From Acidimicrobiia bacterium (lineage in GTDB: Bacteria; Actinomycetota; Acidimicrobiia; IMCC26256; JAENVU01), in the NCBI GenBank assembly GCA_031422675.1, contig JANPMG010000009.1, forward strand, positions 6,750 through 70,749: a DNA stretch of 64,000 nucleotides. Direction: 5' to 3'. A program made the position numbers and the translations under genes. The notes beneath the pieces are model-generated. The model was not told where the DNA came from. It did no database searches and was given only the letters and a program-made list of their open reading frames with translations. Shown here piece by piece: positions 46,542-55,957 of this stretch (position 1 is its first letter; each line of letters starts with the position of its first letter).

Positions 46542-47918
46542 CTACTTCCAGCGGCGGCGGGTTCCGGCCAGCTCCTGCGCGTAGCCGGCGACCGAGGCCA
46601 CCGAGCAGAGGGCCTGGTAGAGCAGCAGGAAGGCGACGTAGCCGATCCGGTTCTTCCGCACGCGCAAGTCGAGCGGGGCGAAGACCTTGCGCCGCTGGTG
46701 CAAGCGCAGTCCCCCATAGACGAACGCCGTGAGCGGCAGCACCAGCAACGTCCACACGCCCACGATGATCGGGACACCGATCGCGCACAGCACGAGCCCG
46801 GGCAGGAACACGCCGACGTAGGCGAGGTCGAGCAGCGGGATCAACAGGTCGATCCCGGCGATGAGCTTGGTGAAACCACCGGGCTGGCGCCAGGGTGGCA
46901 CCGTCCGCAGTCCCTCGAACATGCCGCGGGCCCAGCGCGCGCGCTGGCGCATGAAGTGCCGCACACTCGTCGGCACATCGGTGAACGCGATCGCCGTCGG
47001 CTCGAAATACACGCGGCCGCCGTCGGCGAGGAGCCGCCACGTCACCACGATGTCCTCACCGATCGCATCCGGCCAGCCGCCCACCTTGCGAATCTCCTCG
47101 GTCCGATAGAGCGAGAACGCACCCTGGGCAACGAGCGTGCTCTGGTACAGACCCTGGACCCGCTTCACGACCGTGATCCCGAGGTAGTAGTCCCATTCCT
47201 GCATGCGCGTCAGCAGGTTGTCGCGCGAGTTGCGCACCAACACCGAACCGGCCACGGCCACCGTGTCGGGCGGTGCGGATTCCAACCGCGACACGAGCCG
47301 GCGCACTGCTTCTCGGTGGAGCAGCGTGTCGGCGTCCACGGTGATCACGTAGGCCGTCGAGATGTTGGCGAGCGCCGCGTTCAACGCATGGGCCTTGCCG
47401 GGCTCGGACTCGTGGACGACCTCGAGGTGAATGCCCAGCTCCGCCGCAACCTGTTCGGCGACCATGCACGTACCGTCGGTGGAACCGTTATCGGCGAGCA
47501 CGATCGTGATCGGTCCGGCGTAGTCACTCGCCGCGGCGCGACGAATCGTGTCGGCGATACCCGCCTCCTCGTTCCGGGCGGCGATCACGATCGAGACACC
47601 GGTGGTGGGGCTGTAAACCGTGAGCGGTGGCTGGCGATCGAGAACTGCCGAGATCGCGAGGAACGCCACCAGGAATCCGGGGATGAACGCCAGCAGTCCG
47701 ATGACAACCCACGCGAACGTCACACCGACATCGGCAGCGAGCTCGTCGTGCCACGGGACGGAGAGATACACCGAGACACCGAGCCACATGCCGGCCACCA
47801 CCAGGGCCAGCACCAGCTTCGCCGCCACCGGGATGTACAACCGCCGACGGCGCACAGGCTCGGGCGCGAGGTCCGGTCGCGCGGCCGGAGGCCCGAGTGC
47901 CACTTTCGGTGTGAACAT
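46542..47918 (-). CDS. processive GT2 glycosyltransferase (PgaC/IcaA-like)
   Basis: ARNEE, DNGSTD, GKA.ALN, DADT, GED, QRARW; start uncertain (could be up to 48089). Confidence 0.88.
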   Translation of the reverse strand: MFTPKVALGPPAARPDLAPEPVRRRRLYIPVAAKLVLALVVAGMWLGVSVYLSVPWHDELAADVGVTFAWVVIGLLAFIPGFLVAFLAISAVLDRQPPLTVYSPTTGVSIVIAARNEEAGIADTIRRAAASDYAGPITIVLADNGSTDGTCMVAEQVAAELGIHLEVVHESEPGKAHALNAALANISTAYVITVDADTLLHREAVRRLVSRLESAPPDTVAVAGSVLVRNSRDNLLTRMQEWDYYLGITVVKRVQGLYQSTLVAQGAFSLYRTEEIRKVGGWPDAIGEDIVVTWRLLADGGRVYFEPTAIAFTDVPTSVRHFMRQRARWARGMFEGLRTVPPWRQPGGFTKLIAGIDLLIPLLDLAYVGVFLPGLVLCAIGVPIIVGVWTLLVLPLTAFVYGGLRLHQRRKVFAPLDLRVRKNRIGYVAFLLLYQALCSVASVAGYAQELAGTRRRWK

Positions 47919-48144
47919 GACCGCGGTCGATTCCCGAACCGTTTCGCCGGTTTCGGGCGCGCGGGCGCGCACGGGTTCCGATTCGGTGTCGACCGCGCCG
48001 GTGTCGATATTCCCCGGCTCCAGATGGGACAAACCATGCGGCTGGATCGGCAGAACCAGTCGGCGCCTGAACGACGCGATCATCGCCACGAAGTACGGTG
48101 CAATCCGTCTATATCGCCGAGACCAGGAGCAAGGGGCATACTCA

Positions 48145-49140
48145 ATGCACCCCCGTGGCTCAACCCGCAGGATTACGACGGGCTGCCTGCTCGTCGTCGC
48201 CGTGGTGACGGCGAGCGCCTGCTCAGATGACGGGAATCAGAAACTGCCCCAGCAAAAGCCCAGTCCACGCAACGGGTCCAACCCCGCGCCGGACACCGCT
48301 CCGCCGCCCACCACGCTCGCCGCGCCGTTGGGGCCGATCACGGCCGGCGCGAGTGGATCTTTCGAGTTCACCGAGTACGCGCCGCTCGAGGATCGGCCGA
48401 TCACCGTGTGGTTCGACGCGCCGGAAGATCTCAGATCGGCCCGCGTGCTCGTGGTCATGCACGGTCAGCAGCGCAACGGCGAGGAGTACCGAGACGAGTG
48501 GGCCCCCTACGCCCGCCGCCAGGGTGCGCTGCTCATCGTGCCCGAGTTCTCGGACGAGTTCTATCCCGGCCCCGAGCGGTACAACCAGGGGAACATCTCC
48601 GGCGACGACGGCGAGCTGAATGCGGAGTCCGAATGGAGCTTTTCCGCGATCGAACCGCTCTTCGACCACGTCCGGTCGCTCACCCAGAACCAGAGCCCGG
48701 GCTACGTCATCTACGGACACTCGGCGGGGGCGCAGTTCGTGCACCGGTTCATGTTGATGAAGCCGACGAATCGGGTGACTCGCGCCGTGAGCGCGAACGC
48801 AGGTTGGTACACCGCGCCGCAGACCGACGTGGCGTTTCCGTACGGTCTGGCCGCCAGCCCATCCACGAACGCCAGTCTCCGTCGTGCACTGGCCGCGCCC
48901 CTCACCGTGCTGCTCGGAGAGCGTGACGTCGAGACTGACAGCGACAATCTCCGCCAGACGCCGGAGGCCGACCGGCAGGGGTCCAACCGACTTGCCCGCG
49001 GGCGCTTTTTCTTCTCCGCCGGGCGAGAGAAGGCCGCCGAACTCGGGACGGCGTTCGGCTGGGAAATCCAGACCGTGCCCGGGGCCGAGCACTCGGATAT
49101 CGAGATGGCGCCGGCCGCCGCCGCCATCCTGTTGCCGTAG
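48145..49140 (+). CDS. lipoprotein alpha/beta hydrolase, PahZ1/PHB-depolymerase-like (paralog 1)
   Basis: Lipobox ASAC; MHG..RN..EYRD, PEFS, GHSAGAQFVHRF, ANAGWYT, QG.NRLARG, VPG..H. Confidence 0.75.
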   Translation: MHPRGSTRRITTGCLLVVAVVTASACSDDGNQKLPQQKPSPRNGSNPAPDTAPPPTTLAAPLGPITAGASGSFEFTEYAPLEDRPITVWFDAPEDLRSARVLVVMHGQQRNGEEYRDEWAPYARRQGALLIVPEFSDEFYPGPERYNQGNISGDDGELNAESEWSFSAIEPLFDHVRSLTQNQSPGYVIYGHSAGAQFVHRFMLMKPTNRVTRAVSANAGWYTAPQTDVAFPYGLAASPSTNASLRRALAAPLTVLLGERDVETDSDNLRQTPEADRQGSNRLARGRFFFSAGREKAAELGTAFGWEIQTVPGAEHSDIEMAPAAAAILLP

Positions 49141-49203
49141 AAACACCGACCCGCCGGAACGAGCGCCCGGCGCACGGGGATCTCTGCGATCAGGCGGCGC
49201 TCG

Positions 49204-50385
49204 TCAAACCTGACGACGCAAACGCAGGTTCAGCTCCGCGCCGTCACCACGGACGACGGCCTTGGGATTGAGCGATCCCAGGAGTGCGACCACCTGTCCG
49301 GCGTCGCACGGCCGGGGTTGGTAGGAAACGACTGCGTTGTCGGTCTGGATGCACTTCATGCGAATCGCCAGCCGGTCCCGGGCACCGAACGAAGTGGTCA
49401 GCACCAGTCCGTAGCCGGGCGCCGCATCCGTAAATCTTCCCGGCGTCGTAAACACGTAGTTGCCGATCGAGTACACCACCGGCATGCCGTCGATGATCTC
49501 GATCGGCTGGACGACGTGCGGATGCAGCCCAATCACGAGGTCATAGCCCGCGGCGGCAAAGGCTCGGGCCAGCATCCGTTGGCGAACGTCGACCGGGGCG
49601 TAGTTCTCGCCCCACTGCACGTGAGCCACGACCCGATCCGCACCCGCCCGCCGGGCGAGCTGGATGCCATCCGCGATGCTCGTGGCGTTGAGCTGGTGGA
49701 TGCCCGGGCGATCGCTCCGCGCGATGTTGAGGCCGCTGTCGTCCGCGAACCCGACGACGGCAATGGTCCCGGCATCGGAGTCCACGAGCAGCGGCAGCCG
49801 TGCCTTCGTATCGTCGGCGCCTGCGCCGAAGGTCTTCACCCCGGCGCCCCGAAAGTTCCTGATGGTGTCGGTCAAACCGGTCGGGCCGTAGTCCAACACG
49901 TGATTGTTGGAGAGAGAAACCGCATCGATTCCGGCGGCGGCGAACGCACTCGCGGTTCGGGGCTGGGCCTTGTAGATGAACCGCTGCAGCGGATCGAAAG
50001 CCTGCCCATGATTCGTGAGCGGACCTTCCGCGTTGGCAATCACGACATCGGAATCCGCGGGCGGCTGGACGAGGGCGGCCGGCCAGTTCACGCCGTTGAG
50101 ATCGAGGAGCGGTTGGCCGGCATCGCCGAGCAAGGTGTCGCCGAGCCAAGTGATCGACACGCCCTTGCCGGTTCCCGGCACCGAGACGCGCGGCGCGCCC
50201 TCCGCAAGATTGGCGACGGACTCGTTCGCCGTCGCCGCCACGACGATCCCAATACAGAGGGTGCCCGCAACCACGAGCGCGATCGTTACTCGGCGCAAAC
50301 TACGGGGCAGCCGCCGACGGCGACGACGTTGCGTCGACCTGACCCGCGATGGGGTCCGGGAAGTTCGCGCGGTTCTCCGAGTCAC
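49204..50385 (-). CDS. capA: CapA/PgsA (PGA_cap) family membrane-anchored protein
   Basis: Arg-rich N-terminus plus TM helix; GD, NAE, SNNHVLDYG, QWG.NY, GLHPHVVQ, YSIGN. Confidence 0.85.
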   Translation of the reverse strand: MTRRTARTSRTPSRVRSTQRRRRRRLPRSLRRVTIALVVAGTLCIGIVVAATANESVANLAEGAPRVSVPGTGKGVSITWLGDTLLGDAGQPLLDLNGVNWPAALVQPPADSDVVIANAEGPLTNHGQAFDPLQRFIYKAQPRTASAFAAAGIDAVSLSNNHVLDYGPTGLTDTIRNFRGAGVKTFGAGADDTKARLPLLVDSDAGTIAVVGFADDSGLNIARSDRPGIHQLNATSIADGIQLARRAGADRVVAHVQWGENYAPVDVRQRMLARAFAAAGYDLVIGLHPHVVQPIEIIDGMPVVYSIGNYVFTTPGRFTDAAPGYGLVLTTSFGARDRLAIRMKCIQTDNAVVSYQPRPCDAGQVVALLGSLNPKAVVRGDGAELNLRLRRQV

Positions 50386-52079
50386 GAACGTAGACGGTCC
50401 GCTTCGATGGTGTGGGCAGAACGATTCCGCGCCCGATACTCCTCCGCCGAGAGGTACTCCTGAACTCGCCCGTTCGCCATCACGCAGACATGGTCGGCGA
50501 TCGCGATCTCAGCCGGGTCGTGGGTCACCAACAGGACTGTGCCGCGATAGTGAGCGACGACGCGCCGGAAGAGTTCCATGGTCGCGGCGTCGAGATTGCT
50601 CGTGGGCTCGTCGAGCAACAGGAGCCGAGGATTGCCGAAGATCGCGCGCCCGAGCGCGATGCGCTGGCGTTGGCCGGCGCTGAGGTTCGTCCCACCCTCA
50701 GTCAGCCATGCCCCCAAGCCTTCCGGTCGTTCCGCGAAGATCTCGTCGATGCGACAGCTCATCACCACTCGTTCGAGCTGCTCATCGGTGGCGTCGCGAT
50801 ATCGGTAGGACAAGTTTCGACGGATGGTCCCCCGCATCAACGGAAGGTCCGGGCTCACGAACCCCATCGCACGGTAGGTGGATCGCCGCGTGCATTCGGC
50901 CAGCAGCTGATCGTCGATGACGATGTCGCCGGTATCCGGCTCGACAAATCGAGCGAGGAGCGACAGCAACGTCGACTTGCCCGCACCGTTGGGACCGGTG
51001 ATGGCAACGATCTCGCCACCCGCGACGGTCAGGGAGACATTGTGGAGCGCACCTTCGACCGTGACGTTCCGGAACTCCACCTGGCCGGCCCGAGGCCGCA
51101 GCGCCACCATGTTCGGGCCATCCTCGGGCTGGATGGCGCGATTGAAGAAGTCGTTCAACTTGCGCCGGGATACCTGCCCCGCAGGCCAGTACTCGTTCAC
51201 TCGCCCGAGAACGCGGATCGGTCCGCTCAGGAACCGGACGGCGGTGATCGCCGCAACGATGTCCGCCAAAGTCGCCTGCTTGCGGGGGATCGCGTACACG
51301 CCCACGATGACCACGGCGCACACTGCGAGGGATCCGGCACCGGAGGAAATGGCGCGCAGCCGACCGCGCGTCGCCACCATCCGGATGTCGGCCTGAATGA
51401 GGTCGTGGCTCTGAGTGGCGAGCCGCGAACGTTCACCCGCCACCCGCCCGAACACCTGGACCACCGCGAGCGAGCGGATCTGTTCGATGATGTTGCTGGC
51501 CAACAACGACCGACGCCACCGGACGGCTCGGGTGGCTCGACGAACCCGATCGCTTGCGGCGAGCGATATGGCTGCGCCGACGAACAGGACCCCGATGACG
51601 GCAACCGCGGCGAGCACGCTGGTGAAGAACAGCACGACGACGCCACCGGTGACGGTGAGCGCGTTGACGATGCCGCGGGCGAGACCCCGGCTGAGCCAGG
51701 TCCGCAGGCTGGACAGGTCGCCGGTGAAGCGCAGGATCAAGGCTCCCTGCGACGAACGCAGCACCGAGCGTGGCGACATGGCGGTCAAATGTCGGTGCAG
51801 ATCCACTCGGATCCGACCCACTGCGTCGTAGCCGGCGGTCTCGGCCACCGTGAACTCGGCGCCGCGGGCGACGGCGAGAACGATCGACACGGCGATCAGC
51901 AGCGCCACGGTCACCGTGAGATCGCTCGATCGGACCGCCGGACCGGAAAGCCGCCCAATGGCTTGATGGATCAGCAGCACGAAGGCGACGACACTCCCGC
52001 CCTGGATCAGTCCGATGATGACGAGCTTGACGAGGTCGCGCCGGGTGATGGTGAACGATCGCGTCCTGCGTGCGCTCAC
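50382..52079 (-). CDS. ABC exporter, fused TMD-NBD
   Basis: N-terminal TM helices with RFTGDL; GPNGAGKS, LSAGQ, LLDEPT, VTH. Confidence 0.9.
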   Translation of the reverse strand: MSARRTRSFTITRRDLVKLVIIGLIQGGSVVAFVLLIHQAIGRLSGPAVRSSDLTVTVALLIAVSIVLAVARGAEFTVAETAGYDAVGRIRVDLHRHLTAMSPRSVLRSSQGALILRFTGDLSSLRTWLSRGLARGIVNALTVTGGVVVLFFTSVLAAVAVIGVLFVGAAISLAASDRVRRATRAVRWRRSLLASNIIEQIRSLAVVQVFGRVAGERSRLATQSHDLIQADIRMVATRGRLRAISSGAGSLAVCAVVIVGVYAIPRKQATLADIVAAITAVRFLSGPIRVLGRVNEYWPAGQVSRRKLNDFFNRAIQPEDGPNMVALRPRAGQVEFRNVTVEGALHNVSLTVAGGEIVAITGPNGAGKSTLLSLLARFVEPDTGDIVIDDQLLAECTRRSTYRAMGFVSPDLPLMRGTIRRNLSYRYRDATDEQLERVVMSCRIDEIFAERPEGLGAWLTEGGTNLSAGQRQRIALGRAIFGNPRLLLLDEPTSNLDAATMELFRRVVAHYRGTVLLVTHDPAEIAIADHVCVMANGRVQEYLSAEEYRARNRSAHTIEADRLRS

Positions 52080-53284
52080 GAGAAATCGCCGACGGGCGGG
52101 GGCAACAGGTCGTCCATCTCGGGGTTGTTGAACTCCTCCAGGACCGATCGCTCGAGGCGTTCCAGATCGATGACTCCGCCTTTCATCAGCATCGTCGCGA
52201 TGTCGGGGTTGCTGAGCTGAGGCGTCGCGATGACCGGGACGTCACAGAACTCAGCCGCTTCGCGATGGGCGAGGGGAGATCGAGTCAAGAGTCCGCTGAC
52301 ACAGAGCAAGGGAAGACCGAGCTCGAGGAGATGACGGCTCCCGGCGAGAGCACCCATGGCATCGCTCGCGGCGAAGATCACTCCGTCCACGCAGGACCGG
52401 AAGACTTCGCTGCGCAGGAGTTGGGCAGTCTCGGTCTGGAAGAGACCGTCAGCCACTTCGATCACGATCTCACTGCAGCCCTGATTCGTCAGATGGTCGA
52501 CGAGACGAACGAAGTTGTTCTCGATCGTCTCGAACGGGATTCGGAAAGTTGTCGCCAGCCCGACGTCGGTGAAGTCGGCGACGCAGTGGGCGCCGGCATC
52601 GACCATCACCCAGTAGTCGGCCCCCGACCCCGTGCCGGTTGCCTTCGTAGCTCCCGGCCGACCGCCGGCGAGCCGTGTCCCCCGAACGAGCGACTCCACC
52701 GTGGTTGTCTTTCCCGAGTTCATGGCCGTACCGAAGACGGCAATGCTCGGTGGGCGTTCGACCGACAGCACGGGCGTATCGAGGGTGAACTGCGACAGGT
52801 TGATGGGCGAGCCGTACCGGTCCGCTACGAGGCCCAGCGCACTGATGTCGGTGGCGCGGCGAACTGCGCCGCTGCGCGACTGAACCGTCGATGCGATCCC
52901 TCCCGATGCGACGAGTTGCGTGCGGCCGAGGCGCAGCGGCACGTGTGATTCGAACTGGTCGGTGGCGTATCGGTCGCCATAGACAACCAGGATCTCGTCT
53001 CCCACGTGGAGGCGAGCGCGGCGCCCGGTCGTGAGTTCGATCTTTCCGTGATGGCCGATGCGGTCCACCCGAGCGAGCACGACATCTCCGGCACGCGGGC
53101 GGATCGCACCGGCGAGCAGCGTGGGCCGGTGTTCCGCGACGAGCCGATCCAGATCAACGTGACGCGTCGTGAACGCGGCTTTGGCCCGCAAGAGTCGATC
53201 CAGCGGAAGCAGCTCGGCCGATGTGTCCCGAACCCATCGGGGCTGGACCACATCGCCCGACGTGCCATTGGTCGCAACCGCCAT
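52076..53284 (-). CDS. DUF1611-like P-loop NTPase
   Basis: GTAMNSGKTT Walker A, KATGTG..D, DFTD, EVADG; N-terminal RYATDQFE domain; GGAG RBS. Confidence 0.7.
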   Translation of the reverse strand: MAVATNGTSGDVVQPRWVRDTSAELLPLDRLLRAKAAFTTRHVDLDRLVAEHRPTLLAGAIRPRAGDVVLARVDRIGHHGKIELTTGRRARLHVGDEILVVYGDRYATDQFESHVPLRLGRTQLVASGGIASTVQSRSGAVRRATDISALGLVADRYGSPINLSQFTLDTPVLSVERPPSIAVFGTAMNSGKTTTVESLVRGTRLAGGRPGATKATGTGSGADYWVMVDAGAHCVADFTDVGLATTFRIPFETIENNFVRLVDHLTNQGCSEIVIEVADGLFQTETAQLLRSEVFRSCVDGVIFAASDAMGALAGSRHLLELGLPLLCVSGLLTRSPLAHREAAEFCDVPVIATPQLSNPDIATMLMKGGVIDLERLERSVLEEFNNPEMDDLLPPPVGDFS

Positions 53285-53487
53285 CTGCTTCTCCCAACCC
53301 TTGTCCTGCCTGGTACGTACGCGCTTTTTCCGCGCCAAACGCCCATCCACCCTAGCGAATGACGAAACGTAGCCTACTGGACGATCTACACAATCCGCTC
53401 ACCTACACTGAATGTGGGCGCGCCCTTGATGCTGAGCGATCACGGTGCTCGGGCTCAAACTGGGTTCGTTGCCGGAGAGGGAGCAGG

Positions 53488-54615
53488 ATGAGTCGATGGA
53501 AAACTTTCGGGGCGATGGCGTTCGGCCTCGTGGGGTTGATCTTCGTGGCTGCGTGCGGCAGCAACGAGTCAGCAGCACCGGTCCCACCGACCGCGACGGC
53601 GGCCCCGACGAGCGACACCTCGCTCCCGGGAGGCCGGAGCGTGAGCGATCCACTGGCCCGTACGGTCGCCGCACTCGTCGAAACTGCGCCGATTGCTCGC
53701 AGCGGCGACGCGTCGGAGGACGTGGCGATCTGGATTGATCCGATCGACCCTTCGCGCAGCACCATCATCGGGACCGACAGTCGTGGGATCGCGGTGTATG
53801 ACCTCGGCGGCACCCAGCTCCAGTACCTGCCGGACGGTGAGCTCCACAACGTCGATATCCGGACCGGGTTCCCGCTCTTGGGGGTTCCCGTGGCCTTGGT
53901 GACGGCCGGGAACCGTGCGAACAACACGATCAACATCTACATCGTCAACCCGCTCTCGCGGCTGCTCGAGAACGTCGCCGCTCGACCGATTCAGCCCACG
54001 GCCGTCACCTTCGGTTCATGCATGTACCACAGCAAAGCGAATGGAAAATTCTTCTTCTTCGTCACCAGCTCGGAAGGGAACGTCGAACAGTGGGAGCTCT
54101 TCGAATCGGCGGGGAAAGTGGACGCGCAGAAGGTGCGTGACTTGAGTGTTTCCCCCGGCCAGCAGCTCGGCGCCTGTGTGGCTGACGACGAGCTGGCTCG
54201 CTTCTACGTCGGCGAGAAGAAGAGCGGAATCTGGCGCTACGGAGCGGAACCCGACTCCGCGGAGCCACGGGTTCGTGGCGATGCGATCGGCTCGACCGGC
54301 CATCTCGTCGCCGACGTCGAGGGACTCACCATTGCCTATGGCCCGGGCAACGCCGGGTACCTGATCGCGTCGAGCGAAGGAAACAACTCCTACTCCGTCT
54401 ACGAACGCGCCGGCATCAACCAGTTTGTGCAGCGGTTCGACATCAGGGGCGGCGGAATCGACGGCGCCGAGGACACCGACGGCATCGACGTGACCACCGC
54501 GAGTCTGGGCCCGATGTTTCCCACCGGCATCTTCGTCGCCCAGGACGCCAGCAACGACGGTGGGAATCAGAACTTCAAGATCGTGCCCTGGGGGAGCGTC
54601 GCCGTCGACGGCTGA
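53488..54615 (+). CDS. beta-propeller phytase-like lipoprotein
   Basis: Lipobox VAAC; D.AIW, NVD, CVADD, IWRY.AEP, DVEGL, TDGID, FVAQD, NQNFK. Confidence 0.85.
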   Translation: MSRWKTFGAMAFGLVGLIFVAACGSNESAAPVPPTATAAPTSDTSLPGGRSVSDPLARTVAALVETAPIARSGDASEDVAIWIDPIDPSRSTIIGTDSRGIAVYDLGGTQLQYLPDGELHNVDIRTGFPLLGVPVALVTAGNRANNTINIYIVNPLSRLLENVAARPIQPTAVTFGSCMYHSKANGKFFFFVTSSEGNVEQWELFESAGKVDAQKVRDLSVSPGQQLGACVADDELARFYVGEKKSGIWRYGAEPDSAEPRVRGDAIGSTGHLVADVEGLTIAYGPGNAGYLIASSEGNNSYSVYERAGINQFVQRFDIRGGGIDGAEDTDGIDVTTASLGPMFPTGIFVAQDASNDGGNQNFKIVPWGSVAVDG

Positions 54616-54643
54616 CGAGCAGCCCGAGCCACGGTCGTCCGAG

Positions 54644-54673
54644 CACCAGTCACCCGAACACCAGTCACCCGAA
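54644..54673. repeat. 15-bp tandem duplication over a stop codon
   Basis: CACCAGTCACCCGAA present twice in tandem. Confidence 0.8.
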
Positions 54674-55807
54674 CAGGATCCTCGCCGCGGCCGGGACCAT
54701 CCCGCCGTTCGAATGCGCGACCCCCGGAACGGTCTGGAGCATCCAGCCGAAGGGGGTGCCGAGTGAGCGCGCCGTCGTCAGCCCGGCTTGGAAAAAGAAC
54801 GAACCGCGAGCGAGCCGGTGCAGGCCCTGGCGATCCGCGCCTGCCGTGTGGCGGAGGTCCGGGTCGGCGGGGTTCGTGTCGTTCTCGCCGAGCAGAACTG
54901 CGACGGGCAGTGCGAGCGTGCGCCGCAGACCGGCGTCCGTGACCGGTCCACCGCGTAGCCCGTAAGGAAACGCGACGCCGAGCTCCGGTGCGGTGTACCA
55001 ACCGGCGTTGGCGACGACCGCACGCTTGACCCGATGGTTCGGCGTCAAGAACAAGAATCGGTGGACGAACTGCGCGCCGGCCGAGTGCCCGTACATGAAG
55101 TAGCCGTCGGTTCGGTTTCCGGTATCCGCTTGCACGAAATCGAAGAGCGGCTCGATCGCGGCGTAGCTCCAGCGACTCGGCGGCTCGGACTCCACATTGC
55201 CGAGGTTGTAGGCATCACTGCCGGGATAGCTCGCCTCGGAGAACTCCGGAACGATCAGAAGCGCGCCGGCACGGCGCGCTTCGTCCAACCAGCTGTTTCG
55301 GTAGGACTCGCCCGTTCTCCCCTGTCCGTGCATGACGACGATGACTTTGGCGGTGGTCAACTCCCTCGCCGGCGCGTCGTACCAGACCCTCAATGGTCGG
55401 TCGGCCAGCGGCGCGTAGCCGCGGAACTCGAACGATCCGGTCGAACCGGGAACGATCGACGAGAAGCTCGGTGGCGACGGTGCCGGGATCGGCGCCGGCG
55501 GTGAAGTCGTGCCGTTCGAGATCCCGCCCGTCGTCGGTGGGGTCGGCTGCGGAACAACCGTTGTCGGCGACGTCGTGGTGGTTGGCGCCGAGCGCGAAAC
55601 CCGATGGGGGTGACGGTGTCGGCGTTGACGCCGGGCGTTGGTCAGCGCCGAGCCGGTGGAGCGCTGAGGCGCGTGTGCACTCACCGCGTTGGCATTCGCA
55701 GCGGCTTCCAGCGTCGGTCCGTCGATCTGGCCCACCGGGAGGAGCACCGCCAGGGCGAGGATGCCGATCGCTACCCGGCGAGGTGCCGCTGGTCCGCCAC
55801 TGCGCAT
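54665..55807 (-). CDS. secreted alpha/beta hydrolase, PahZ1/PHB-depolymerase-like (paralog 2)
   Basis: Signal peptide and Pro/Thr linker; same motifs as 48145-49140. Confidence 0.75.
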   Translation of the reverse strand: MRSGGPAAPRRVAIGILALAVLLPVGQIDGPTLEAAANANAVSAHAPQRSTGSALTNARRQRRHRHPHRVSRSAPTTTTSPTTVVPQPTPPTTGGISNGTTSPPAPIPAPSPPSFSSIVPGSTGSFEFRGYAPLADRPLRVWYDAPARELTTAKVIVVMHGQGRTGESYRNSWLDEARRAGALLIVPEFSEASYPGSDAYNLGNVESEPPSRWSYAAIEPLFDFVQADTGNRTDGYFMYGHSAGAQFVHRFLFLTPNHRVKRAVVANAGWYTAPELGVAFPYGLRGGPVTDAGLRRTLALPVAVLLGENDTNPADPDLRHTAGADRQGLHRLARGSFFFQAGLTTARSLGTPFGWMLQTVPGVAHSNGGMVPAAARILFG

Positions 55808-55957
55808 AAATGTCTCCCGACCAAACACCGAGGAATGCTGGATCGGGAAAGCCCCAACCCCGCCTCAGTAAATGTCGACAGGTACGGCGCAAAAACTTGA
55901 ATGAGGTCCCGTACTCAAGCGCCGCGCGCCGACGCTGCGGGCGGTCCCGCGGCTGTT

